Assembly: GCA_965644295.1 (NCBI GenBank)
Contig: CBFFRP010000373.1
Location: 62,001-126,000 of the forward strand
DNA length: 64,000 nt
Direction: 5' to 3'
DNA from: Paraphysomonas bandaiensis
Taxonomy: Eukaryota > Protista > Chrysophyceae
Positions within the stretch are counted from its first letter, which is position 1; each line of letters opens with the position of its first letter. Positions 25,905 to 38,426 of the stretch are shown here, in pieces. A program made the position numbers and the translations under genes. The notes beneath the pieces were generated by a model. That model was not told the DNA's origin, did no database searches, and saw only the letters and a list, made by a program, of their open reading frames with translations.

Positions 25905-27719
25905 TCATGCGAGATTCGGTCTTGTACCCTCACTCTCACTGAAAGGGTATTTCGTTGAGTCTTTCTTTGGAGCATCTGCCGAGTATGGTATCGCAAAATC
26001 CGTATAATCTGCCCCGGTAATGGGTTCGGTAAAATCTGACCCCGTGAAGTGTTGGGTATAGCTGCCATTGCTTTCGTCAACAGGGAGCCCCTTTCCTTCA
26101 GAGACAAACACTGGGTCCGGGTAATCCTGAGAACTTTCTTCTAAATCTCCATTTGGCTCGCGCCTACTTGCACCTTGCATTGCCGTTGTTAGAGCGTCAG
26201 GGGTTCCATTCATTTTAGCGAAGAGAAGACGCAATACCAATTCTTTGTCCTCCCACGTCAAGTCCTGAATGTATACCTTCTGATTATCTGATGTTGGTAA
26301 ATTTGATTCATGCCTTCGATCCTCTAGGTGATGCATCTGACTCACTTTTATGCTTGGAAAGGTCCCTGTCCGTGTGGGTACACCAGAAGACTTCTTGCCC
26401 CACCGTCGGATACTACCTGCCCTTTTCTGATTGTACTCTTGCACCGCTTCAGAGTGAGACTTGCGCTTCCGCTCCTGTATAGTATGTTTGACCTCCGCCA
26501 AGGCATCCAAGAAAAATTGCTCCATTTCACTGCGCTGTTCCAAGATGGTCGCAGCGAGTGTCTTCATGTGGCGCAGCTCCTTGTTTTTAATCATGATGAG
26601 TCGACGCAACCCTGCAGCGTCCAATGTTGCATCTTCTAATTCCTTACTAATACTTCCTTTGAGCTCTTTTGTGCGTGCTTTGTATTTCTCGATACTCATA
26701 ATTTGTGCCTTTTCAAGCTGCTCAACACGCTCACGGAGGGCCTTGATTTCCTTGGTCTTTAAGAAGTTCTGTCGTGCATATTCTTGCTCTTTCTCTGTGA
26801 GCAGAGTGACCTCTCTCTTGGCCGTCACAAGCGCGGCCTCTAATCTATCCTTTTCTACCTGATATTCGTACGAGATCACATTGTGAAACTTTAACTCTTC
26901 ATTTATACGCTTGTTTTCGACTACAAGCTTCTTCGATTCAGCGTCCATCGTTTCCCGTGCCTCCTTGAGTGCCGACTCCCTATAGGTATATTTCTGGTCT
27001 TCGACTTCCTTCATCATTTGTGCCTTGCTCTCCAAAAATTTCCTGTGAATATACTTTCCATTATAAAAGAGTAGAGCACAAATTCCACAAACCGCTCTTG
27101 ATCTTCCAACAGAACCACTGTTTGGTGTTTCTCCATTTGCAACTCGTTTTCAACTTGAGCCAGCTTCCTGTCATGACTCTCCTTGTCGCGTTTGTAACTA
27201 TCTAAGTTCTGAAGATCATTTTCAACTTTTTCTAATTTTGAAGTGAGTGAATCTATAGTATCCTCATATTCAATTTTCATGGCATAAATCTCCGCCTCGT
27301 ATTTCTCCTTCAATCTATCAGCCTAGATATTTCGTCAGAAAAAAAAAAGAATAGGATATACACAAACCTCAGCGCGCACTTGACCTTCCTTCTTTACTAA
27401 TTCCTCATTTAGTCTTCCAATAATATCATCTTTCATTTCCATCTCTCGCTGATACCAAATAAAGGCAGATCAATCTCAATACACCTTCCTACCTGAAAAT
27501 ATAAAACGATATCATGTGTGTCTTTCTCATTTCTTTCTGCGCTCGTCCGAAGCCCAGTGTTACTTGCAATAAGAGCCTAATATAAACTTTACTTAATGTG
27601 TTTATAAAATAGAGGTTTCATACCTCGACTCTTTTGGATAACACATCAATCTTTTCTTGATCTAACTGCCTCGCGATCATAACCGACACAGGCGCTCTCG
27701 GTGATTCCTTGTCACCCAT
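25905..27719 (-). CDS. BBOF1: Basal body orientation factor 1 (CCDC176), multi-exon
   Basis: Long coiled coil with KNKELRHMKTLAATILEQRSEMEQFFLDAL and IQDLTWEDKELVLRLLFAKMN, characteristic of BBOF1. ATG at 27719 with several short introns upstream of ORF 27014-27313. Confidence 0.85.
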
Positions 27720-27986
27720 CTTCGCTGTTTCCAATCGGCCACACAATTGGCTTCTGACGGCAATAGCAATAAACAGGCAATTGTAGTGTGGTGAATCTCA
27801 AAGTATGTTATTGTTGTGTATGAAGTGAATAGACACTACCAGTACCAGTACCAGTATACCAAAGCAACGACCGTTGCATCTTGGTCGCAAATGACGAATC
27901 ACATGAAATGAAATAGATTTTATTCGTCACCAGCCCCGCGGGTGTGTTCTGTGTTTTAGTTGTACAATGGCCGTATACTACTCGTA

Positions 27987-28124
27987 TACCATGGAGACGT
28001 TTTTCGATTTGTATTGTGTTTTTTCGTATGGATCATGAGTGTAGAGCTTTGAAAATATAATTGTGGTCAAAATCTAGAAATGACCACAATTTTTTTAGGA
28101 CGAGCGAAAAACGTCTCCATGGTA
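27987..28124. mobile_element. Tc1/mariner-type MITE (138 bp)
   Basis: Perfect 20-bp TIR TACCATGGAGACGTTTTTCG / CGAAAAACGTCTCCATGGTA, flanked by TA on both sides. Internal AATTGTGGTCA...TGACCACAATT hairpin. Confidence 0.88.
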
Positions 28125-28180
28125 TATCATACAGAGTACAGTACATACATATATAAGATAAAGAAAATCTGGCTGCGCAT

Positions 28181-28425
28181 GTTCCAGCCGTAGTTGTACG
28201 TAGTATTCCGGTATTCAGTTCAACTACTCATGATCTCCAGCAAGGTGCCTCTCAGTACAACCATAACAAGCACGAAGTAACTACCATATAATATCAACGT
28301 GATATTCTTCCATTACATAGTATTCATGATTAGGCTATCAGTGGGAACCAGCAGTAATGTGGAGTTTTTTTGTTTCAATTTATTTCCGAAGCGTGTGATG
28401 CTGACTGCCGATACGACAGAAAAGA
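28181..28425. repeat. Dispersed repeat, shorter partner at 49929-50012
   Basis: TTCCAGCCGTAGTTGTA and TTCAATTTAT.TCCGAA...GATGCTGACTGCC.ATACG occur in both places. Confidence 0.65.
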
Positions 28426-28499
28426 GTATTTTTGATATGGCAGGCAGCACGGTGGAGACCATCTAACATATTTTCGTAAATAATAATAAGAAGTGTCAC

Positions 28500-29670
28500 A
28501 TAGCCCAATATACCCGTGTTCCATATTCTTGTGGTGAATACCATGTCCATGCTATGAAGAAAAACATGAAATGACGTTAAATGTTTGAGGCCTTGAAAGG
28601 TCCAGATGTGTGGGGAATGCACTTTTCACAGAGATCTGTACTGACTCGCTATACATTACTTCCTTCTGGTTGATAAATGGCAGATGAGTGGGAGGGGGTG
28701 CGTACCCCACTCTGATCAGATAGCAATCAGGACCACAGTCGATGACAAGGATTTGGAACGCCTGCGCAATACGGTGGATGATAATAGTGACGGGAGGTTG
28801 ACTATAGAGAAGTTTGTGAATAAGTTGATATCTCTGTGCTTTATTGACATATATGGGGTTGAGTCGAGGCGATTGTTTCACAGATTGGCAGGACCACCCT
28901 ACTCTATGTGGAATATGAACTGTGCTGCATCCATTGTATCTACGTTGGCGTCGCAGTTTGTGTTGTGTATTTGTTGTAAGCCAAGAATATGAGCTCAATG
29001 TCCCTACTAACTATGACTACTCCAAGTTTACTGCAACAACTCACACCACGGTGATGTTAACTTTTACTGGGGAATATGCTGACAAAGAGCTACTCCTGAC
29101 TACTCATGGTACATGAACTACGCGCTGGAGAGGCAAATATGATAAGATGTGCCGCTTGATGAAGTTGGCCTGTGCTCGAAGGTTGCTGTTAAATGCTGCC
29201 TCAGAAAGACTTAATCCCAAGCTAGACCTTGGATGATTTTTACCTGTGCCCAATAGTAAGTCTATTGCTCAGAAATGTGATAATCCCCTAGGTCGGGCGT
29301 TGGAAAAGGGTATGTGGGTAAACGTAGTCTGTAACACGGTACAAATGAACATAGATAGAGTTGGATGTTTAGACAAGGATGAACAAGGAGTTAATCGTGG
29401 TGTGAACCCCGACCTTTTCAAAAGGATATTACGTTATCGCTGTTGTGCATATCAACGCAACTTAGGACACAATTAGGAAGCGAGTTATCAAACGCACCAG
29501 AGAAGTTGGTAAAAATGTTCCTGAAAGTGCCGTGGCACATAGTCTTCAATATCCCAAACATTTGTTGCGACTCTTAGCGCCTAACACTGGCCTTGCTGCA
29601 AGTGTTTGGGACGACCCCGCTATTCTTTATACAGCAGCGAGGATCACTCAGGGAATTGGCTCAGAGTAGG
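28500..29670 (+). pseudogene. Decayed coding remnant, probably TE-derived, family not recognised
   Basis: Successive protein-like ORF fragments in shifting frames (28684, 28922, 29246), with stops and no clear splice sites. Confidence 0.3.
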
Positions 29671-30169
29671 GTTAGGATAAGGATAAATTAAGCCAAAGCA
29701 ATAAATTCCAAAACTTAATAGTAACTATATCATTTGTAACCCAATTCCACAGAATAATGAGGGAAAGGCAATCCTCTGATATAATCCTCTGATAAACACG
29801 ACCTGAATAGCTGAATAGCTGATACTGGGTAAAAAACTGCTCTATATTTCCTGTGCTAGTATGAGTGTTATGATAAAACACAATTCAGGTTAGAAAACAA
29901 AATGAGGATAACGCGACATCGTTGGTATGTTTAAATATTTAAAAGTAGTAAGTAGATAGCTAGTGTATGAAATAGAGATTGTTGACTGTAATTTCATATA
30001 CAATTATTTTAGAGTTCGTACAAGTATAAGCTAGTTGTAAAAACGAGTATTCTATATAGTTATATTTTTAACCATGGGTAATGAAAAGATGCTATATAGC
30101 CCCGCGTTCAAAACTCTAAAACTTATCTGTCGCTTATCCATATAGTAATATATATACTATTGTTAGATA

Positions 30170-30490
30170 GCGTTCCATCAATAGTGGAGGTTTTGGAACC
30201 GGTCCAACAATGATATTGCAATATAGTTGTATCATTAATCTCAGTAAAAGTAAACAGATCCGTAGATTCCTTTCTTAGTACAAGTCATGAAAATCACATA
30301 CACTGATAACCAAAACCCACTTCGCTGGTTACTGCTTTTAGGTAATCACAATTTTCCTCATACTCATCCTCTGAGCCATCATCGGTGACGTCGTCAGCCT
30401 ATATAAGTATATATATTCATTCAAACTTAATTGAAATATACATGCATCCGGCCACAACTGTCGATTTGCTTTTAGAAAAACATTATATTA
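30170..30490. repeat. Dispersed repeat (family C), inverted partner at ~57545-57860
   Basis: TCCTCATACTCATCCTCTGAGCCATCATCGGTGAC (about 30355) is the exact reverse complement of about 57629-57663. GCATCCGGCCACAACTGT and CCGTAGATTCC are also shared. Confidence 0.8.
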
Positions 30491-30588
30491 ACAGTGCATA
30501 CGTTTTCGCAAACAATGATAATAATGTAACTTTGCTGCACTGAACAGATGCTCACATGTATTGGAAGAAGCGTATATAAGTCAAGTAT

Positions 30589-31104
30589 TGAAAGTCGTAT
30601 TAGTAGCAATATAGGCGTTTCAGAGTCAGAACTAATGTAACAGTGCTCAAAACCTGGATATTCTACTATTTAACGCTAGCTGCTTGTGCGTTATCGCAAG
30701 CACCAAAGCCAACCACTTTCGTTCTACCACTCAACGCAAACGTAGTGAGCAAGCAGAATGACAATGTTTATAGTTTATAAGCCTGACATCTGCTGACTTC
30801 AGGATTTTGAGTCTATAAGGTGAATAGCCCGGTCGCTCGACTTCAGCAGGCTGCCCAATACCCCGAATGCCCTTGAGGTGGGCCCATTCCTGAATGCCTA
30901 TATCCGTCAGGGCCCAAAGACGTTTACACAAGAGGCACACTAATTAGTGTTCCTTGTTGCTGCACCACACAAGCATTTGGCTATAAGCGGGCAAAATTAT
31001 CTGTTGATTATATATGCGGCTTACGTTAGTTGTCTGGAGAAATCTCTCCGGTACTTATCTCCCAGAACACCACCAAAAAGGTGCAAACCCAACTTTGTTG
31101 AGGG
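30589..31104 (+). mobile_element. Most complete copy of TIR-less repeat family A (~515 bp)
   Basis: Runs from TGAAAGTCGTATTAGTAGCAAT to ...AACTTTGTTGAGGG and is colinear with the copies at 9835-10273 and 38427-38883. Confidence 0.8.
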
Positions 31105-31325
31105 TTTGAACTCTCCAGTTGTTTTGAAATAATCCAGGTTATAAAAATAGATCGCTTGCACTGAAAGCAAAAAGAGTAAAGAAAACACAGACACAGGAAG
31201 AACACTTTATATTTATATTATTACAATATCTTCAGCTTGCCCTGAGTTTTATTGGCATCATAAAATCGTACTTTTAGTAAGAAATGGAGTGTAGGCTCTA
31301 CTGGCTTAAATGTACACGGAAATAC

Positions 31326-34300
31326 CTACCGTTGTAAAGAAAAAACTTGTAACCTACTGTGGCTCAAAGTCATTGGGGATTCCTCTTCGTATTTTTTCTC
31401 AAACACGACTCTGTTAGTTGGGAAGGCCTGACAGTATGCCAGTAACAGCAGTGGTACTGCCACGGCGCACACAGGTATCCATACACTATCAGCCCATCCA
31501 TACCGATCAGCTGCTATTTCCCAGCATAGCATGCCAAAAAACACCGCCCCGAGGCACACCTATCAGGCGATTCCAAAGTGTTATTCTGTTATCAATAGCG
31601 GGATCATAAGTACCTGCAACCACAAACACTTGCTCCCGGCCTCATGCATGTCAGCCAGCGCGTCCTCTAGACACACCATACAATTGTCTATGCCACTTAC
31701 TACTTCCTGAGCACCCATAACGTCGCAATACCCAGCCTCACTTTGCACTTTGACGCGTTTAGGTATGTCTCCAGCAGCTGCACCCAGAACATCGTATTGA
31801 AGAATCAAATTGATGCGAAGTAATATAAACCTTCCCAACAAAGCCTTCCACTTTAGTACTTTAAGATGAACAGCGGCAACAATTGCAACGGCGAGGAATG
31901 GGCTGCACATGCCAAATGTAAGTAAAATAGCTGCATCCATGAGAAGTGGGGCAACAATTCGGTCTCCTCGAATAATATCATCGGGATAAGCAGGGTAACC
32001 TTTTCCTTCATCTGCAGCACCAGGTAAGCCAGATACTTCCTTCTGATCTTGCTGATAATGTAGTAGTATATTGGACACGGTGTATTCCCTATTTATCGGC
32101 GGTTCCACTGGAGGTGTATTGCACCAATAGTAAGGGAAGAGAATTCCCGGAAGACATCCCACAAGGGTAGCACGTAGCCCGTTACTTACATGTCGAGGTA
32201 TGTAAAGCACAGCGATATTGTATACAAATATTGACATCACAATGTAGAGTATATACGAATAAAGATACACTGATGTATAAGAAGTAACAAGTGCACTCGA
32301 ACAGAGTGAGTTGTACGTGAGGGGGGGGGTTAAAGGGGCTACTGTGATTTCAATATGATCAATGAATTGGCAATTCGTTTCACCGGTGGTGGTATTCGTA
32401 ATGAATAATCCACATTCATCATAGGAATAGGATGACGTCATTTTATCAGGGGCAACGAACAACTCCTATCAGCAAGGACATGACACTTAAATCATACATA
32501 CTATGCAAGTTTGTTGAATTACCTTCAAACACGACGGATTCGTGAGTGTGGTGGCAAGGCATGGAACAACAATGCTATTGAAAACTAGGTAACACACAGT
32601 AAACCATACTCTATCAACAGGAATGTCAACGTCTGAAAGTATTCTACTCGGTACGACGAACAAGTTCCAAAACAACATGAAACCGGCTACAAGAAACTGA
32701 AGCATAAATATAATCTTACCGTCTACGGCTTTGAATATGTAGAATATATAGACAGCATTAACAGTGAACACAACCACAAGATTAAAAACAAACCGCATAC
32801 TAGCGGAACCGCAACCAAGTACTCTTTGAATTCGAGGTACTGGGCGGACCACATCACCATCCACGGCAGCCGTTGTCACGTCACTGTCACGTGCAGTGCG
32901 ATTGCGTGCGTGAGACGAAGTACGAGAACCTGCACTGGTGGCACTTATATTCGAAGTTCGAAATGCATCTTCCGATGAGCGGAATGATGTGTCGGAGACT
33001 TCCATACGTAAAACCCAGGTGGCAACACACACGAGTAATGCCCAAGATGTCAGTATCACAGCCGCCGGGACATATCCAGTGACGTAAGCCAGAGACCATT
33101 GCCATCGATACAAGAACATATGTGTTGAGTATTCACTGTCTCTACGACCTGCTTCCAACGCCTTGATAACATATACCGGAAGGCAGAACATAATACCCAA
33201 TAACGCTAGAGCAGTCATACCCCAGCTGATTTGTGTGAGCATCGAGCTGAATGACTGCAAGCGTGGCAGGCTTTCAGATGAGAGATACTCACAGAAAGAG
33301 ATACAGCGATAAAACTTTCGATAACATTGAAGTATGCTAGCCACACAAGGCAATTTCTTCCGCATGTTTTCGCCGTATAAAACCACCAAGAAAACTAATA
33401 CGCAGAACAGTAGTATGACGAATACAATGCAAAGACCAATCAGAGAATAGTCCAATAAAGCTGACCCACAGGAATATACTTCCCTATCCGGATCGTATCG
33501 AGGAAGTTGGTTACCGCACCCAAACAAATTTCCAGATAAAATTTGAATATGACGAACATTATTCAAACTCCTAGGAATTCTTCCAGATAGTCGGTTCATA
33601 TCCAAATAGATTCTACTGCTGGACTCGCTGAGATTACTCATCGTGTAGTCATCACCGAATCGACTTAACAAGTCCCCCGTAAATTTATTGTGAGAAAGGT
33701 CCAGTTCATGAAAATTGCGAACTTGAAAGCTACGCGGTATCGTGCCTTCCAATTCGTTATGTGTCAGACTAATATTAACGAACGCAGTTTCATCTGCGAT
33801 TTCTCCTAGCGTGCCGCGCAAGCCGTTACCAGAAAGTTGTAATACAGCAAGTTGCTTAGCAGACCATATGCATTCAGGTATTGTTCCTCCAAAAGGACGA
33901 GTGTAGACTGCCCTCACATAGGGAAGAACCGTACTATACCCACACGAATCCGCAGCAGAGAGGCCATACATAGACATAACCTGTGCAGATGAAGCCAAAC
34001 AAACGGTATCAGGAAGTGGGCCACTGAAACAGTTCACACTAAGTGACAGTATTTCCAATCCAGGGAGCTCGAAGAGAGATGGAGGTATACTGCCAGAAAA
34101 TCGGTTTCCACTAAGATCCAGGTTGTAAATATTCATGAGGTCGTGCTGCCAAATAAGATTTTCTATATGTCCCGTGAAACGATTATTCTGTAAAAGGAGC
34201 ACGCCAAGCTGTGTCATAGCACCCAGCTGGCTAGGCAATGAACCAGTGAAATAATTCGTATCTAAGGATAGATACTTCAGGGCAGTAAGTCTTGAAATGG

Positions 34301-35061
34301 TTTCAGGAATAGTCCCTGTAAAGGCATTCTTGTCCAAATCCAGGTCAACTACAAATCAGAATATCATATAAAACGAGAACCAGACAAAATAAAAAGGTAC
34401 CTAAACTTGACATATCCATAAGTGAACTAACTATCGTTCCACTTAGCATGTTGTTATCGATATCCATGTACTCTAGTCTAGTAAGATTGCCAAAACTTGA
34501 GGGAATCGATCCATGCAACATATTATTGTCGATATCCAAGTCTACCAAGTTGACTAGCAGTCCCAGCTCTCGAACCAGGGTGCCCTCAAAATTGTTTCGA
34601 TCCAGATACAATGTTTCCAAGTTAGATAAATATCCCAGTTCAGATGGTATAGTTGCCCTCAGTGAATTATTAGTAACAGACAAATAATTTAACTCTTTCA
34701 GAAGTCCTATTGTTGTCGGCAGTGTGCCATCAAGACCGAACGAAGTCAAATTTAATTGTAAGATGCTGTACGTCGAACTATTAGTAATAGGTTCGTCTAT
34801 TGTACACTTAATTCTCTGCCACAGAGAGTGGGGATCACAAGGGTTTGGAGTTCCGGTGAAATTCCATATACATCCATCTGCTGTAGTATCATTACTCCAA
34901 TTCCAGTACACTCCACGGCAATCGTCATACAACTCTTTCAAGGCGTTGACTTCAGATGAGGCCGTTGGAATAGCGCCAGCATTCCTGCACACAAGCAAGA
35001 ATAGCAGAGCCGCGCAAAGTGTGTCGATTCTCCTCGTTATGGAGAGATGCGTCTGCCTCAT
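31326..35061 (-). CDS. Leucine-rich-repeat receptor-like protein with multi-pass transmembrane C-terminus, 4 exons
   Basis: Signal peptide, LRRNT cap (ALKELY..C.G..WNW...NPC...WQRIKC), plant-type LRRs (LxLxxNxLxGxIP), then multiple hydrophobic helices. Introns 34349-34400, 32466-32522 and 31560-31613 keep the frame. Confidence 0.88.
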
Positions 35062-36434
35062 TGCGGTCGTCTAATTGTTAGAATTCTATCTGTGTTTAAA
35101 TAAGAGCATAATGTTCTTGAAATGGATGGATAGGGGTGGCTTCAAGCATCCTCTCGAAGATGTCCATTTCTCTCAAACATATATCGCATATCCAGATATT
35201 GTTGCTTGTGGAGTGTGTATTGACTGTGGTAGGTGCAGCAGCTGTTGTGTGCATTGCTGCGTATACCAAATGGTATACAGAGAGTATATACCTGTATACT
35301 GTTGAAACATACTGATGTATGTGTACTCTACAAGTGTTTAAAAAACAGCAGTTTTGGTATACTTTGTGGAAGAAAGTGCCTGACAGCAACAGGAATTCCT
35401 ATATGCATATATGGATATCATAATCCTTGCAGCCACAACTTACTTGTTGTTCCTTGTCCATCGATCTCTAACCATTTAGATAGTGCGAATGTGTACAAGG
35501 GAGGGACTCGATAGATCAGTGAAGCCTTATGCGATATACATAAATTAATGGACACATTAAACCTCAGGTGGAGCCGAGTCATTGCTACATTCCTTTCATA
35601 GAATTGATGTTATCAGCACAAGAGGTGTTTTAGGAACAGTAAAAGTACCGAGAGCATAGACAGGTGTTGAATAGAGTTTTCGTACAGGAACTAAAAAACG
35701 TAAAGCTCTCAATATATATATATGTTGGAAGTGGAAAATGTTGTGAAATATTAAAAAGTCAAGATTCTGAACAGAAGGGTACACTGCCCGTATTGTTGTA
35801 TACGCTTCACGATTTGTACTGTGATGTACTATGCAACACATATATAATAATATGGGGTACTTAGCTTTAGCGTAATTCTTTTACCGTATTTAAATTCCTT
35901 CCTTGTTTTTTTGTTTGGTAATGAAGTCAGACTGACCGACTTATTTAATGATCTGGACAGTGTGTACTCGATTCGGTAGCACTATCAGATTGATTACATG
36001 AATACAAGGGTGTCAAACTCTATGATGGGACAAATAAAGTTTTTGGTGAAGACTGTGGCTAAAGGCATCAGCGGACTTATTTACAAGGGGGGTGCCCAAC
36101 TGGAGCGTACATTTAATGCTGATCAGACTGTGATAACGTCTGATTATCACGAAGCACAAGCTTGTGCGTTGCAGCAACAAACTTAAAACTTAACAATACC
36201 CTCAACACTAAGTATAACATGACTCTTCTCTAGTTCTATGTTACTATTGCATGCACCGACAACTGCTAAATTATACAAAACGATTTAGTTCGCTAACTGG
36301 ATATATGACGAGTGGCGTATTGAAGCCGAATCATACGCTCCCGCCCCATCTACTTATCCCAGCATTGCGGTCTGTGTCTTCGATATATGTCTTACTGTAT
36401 ATTGTATATGCGGCAGACTTTTAAAGCCCTTCCG

Positions 36435-38284
36435 AATAAAGAATTGATCTTTATAATAGTAAAACAATGTTGTGATTATTAGAGTGTAAGTAATGAACAC
36501 GATAGAGTGAAAATTATGAATAACAATATAGAACGTACTATCATGCACAACGGAATAGTTAGAAGTGTAACTGATAATGACGACGTTATGATGACGATCA
36601 CGTATCTTCGACAGATACTCTCTCTAATTCAGTTCATGGTATATTTCATTGAACATTATAACTCACAGATACAATCATGTATTAAGCTGAATCCTAATAC
36701 GCCCCCTCAATGAAATAATCAGTGAACTGTTGGTAATGGAGAGAATATGAACTTATATACACTGAGAGTAAAAACCAGAGTAGCAGTCACTAGCCAATAA
36801 TAAGCGAACTGCAAAGATGCCATATTGTGAGACCATCCTTCTAGTCCAGCATCATGTATTGAATAAAAGTAAAAAAATGGTAAAAAATTCGTGTAACTCA
36901 AACTAGCCACCTAGGTCGCTTGTGGCTTGGTAATTGTGATTTAGGTGTCTCTGAGGTTGTTGATCGCTTTCTGTTGCTGCTGGATGGGATGTCGAACCCA
37001 GCTCCCCCCATCAATGTAGTCCGCAATGTGCGGAAGTTATTTGCTCCTAGTGGTTTCGTAAGGAGGTCGGCTAACATTGACTTAGTGGATATATGATGCA
37101 CAGTCAAAATGTTCTCCGCAATGTGCTCACGGATGAAGTGGTATCGAATCGCGATATGTTTTGTACGCCGATGATGAGTAGGATTGTGACATAATTGAAC
37201 TGCACCTTTATTATCGCACCAAATAGTTGTTGAGAATGGAAGTTTGAAACCAATTTCTGATAATAAAGAGCGTAGCCATAATGCTTCCTGAGCTGCTGAC
37301 GATAAAGCCATATACTCAGCTTCAGTAGATGACAATGCCACAGTTTTCTGTAATCGAGATTGCCATGATATAAGACAATAATTACCTATGGAGAATGTAA
37401 AAGCTGTAGTGGACCGTCGAGTGAGGTGACATCCTGCCCAATCGCTATCGCAGTATCCTGACAATGTTATGTGGGATCCAGAATATATCAATCCTTGCTT
37501 AGCAGTGCCCTTGAGATACCTAAGAACATGCAACGCAGCATTACAGGTAGTTAGACTAGGCATATCAGAAAATCTGGCAAGAGTATTGACTGCGTAGGCG
37601 ATATCCGGTCGAGTGCATACAGCTAGATACATCAGGGAACCTATGAGCTCCTAACTTTGATTTGACTCTGAAAGATGATTGTATTCATGTAAATCATAGT
37701 TGAAAGACAGTAACATAGGTGTTGACATGGGTTTACAGTTAGACATATTGAATTTGTCTAGTAGTTTGTTGACATACTGCTCCTGACTGAGAGTCGTTGA
37801 TATTTTTGTCAAAGTCTTGATGGATGGAAATGCCCAAGTAATAATCTAAGAGTTTTATTTTCGAACTTTTTGGATATAATGCACGGCACTTCTTCTGCCA
37901 CCTGGAAAAGTTCTTCGCATCGAATTCTGGCATTGAGTCCTTTCGCTTGTCGGTTGTCGAATCCGAGTCGGTTGAGTCGTAACTTGTAACTTTAACTGAC
38001 ATCTCGCTACCAAATAAAGAATTGATCTTTATAATAGTAAAACAATGTTGTGATTATTAGAGTGTAAGTAATGAACACGATAGAGTGAAAATTATGAATA
38101 ACAATAATATAGAACGTACTATCATGCACAACGGAATATAGTTAGAAGTGTATAACTGATAATGACGACGTTATGATGACGATCACGTATTTTCGACAGA
38201 TACTCTCTCTAATTCAGTTCATGGTATATTTCATTGGACATTATAACTCACAGATACAATCATGTATTAAGCTGAATCCTAATA
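36435..38284 (-). mobile_element. Ty1/Copia LTR retrotransposon, internally deleted (1850 bp)
   Basis: LTRs at 38013-38284 and 36435-36699. TSD TTCCG at 36430-36434 and 38285-38289. PBS TGGTAGCGAG abuts the 5' LTR, and PPT TTGAGGGGGCG abuts the 3' LTR. Gag N-terminus is fused to the RT C-terminus and RNase H. Confidence 0.95.
36898..37632 (-). pseudogene. Copia RT C-terminus + RNase H
   Basis: YLAVCTRPDIAYAV, GYCDSDWAG...RRSTT, VALSSTEAEY, CDNKGA, RTKHIAIRYHFIRE, MLADLLTKPL. Confidence 0.95.
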
Positions 38285-38426
38285 TTCCGTGCGGTGTTCA
38301 CAGCAGCACGTAGTCTGGGAAGGAGAGTAGAGTATCTCTAACGCCGAATCCTCTCACGGCCATGAAGCTGTCTCACTGGCGCAATTTTGACTCAGAATAA
38401 TGACACAGACCTTTACCAAAACTCAT

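Larger units (their letters stand above)
36137..38426 (+). repeat. Family B copy (36137-36434 + 38285-38426) split by the Copia insertion
   Basis: Joining the flanks gives CGGCAGACTTTTAAAGCCCTTCCGTGCGGTGTTCACAGCAGC, colinear with the uninterrupted 59611-59655 CGGCAGATCGTTAGGGCCCTTCAAGGTGGTGTTCACAGCAGC. Confidence 0.75.

Noticed and set aside
30731-31132. Small ORFs in family A copies (also 38483-38716, 60120-60302) as proteins, or a Fanzor/TnpB gene
   Set aside because: Frames are not conserved between copies, and I saw no RuvC, zinc-finger or hammerhead core motif.
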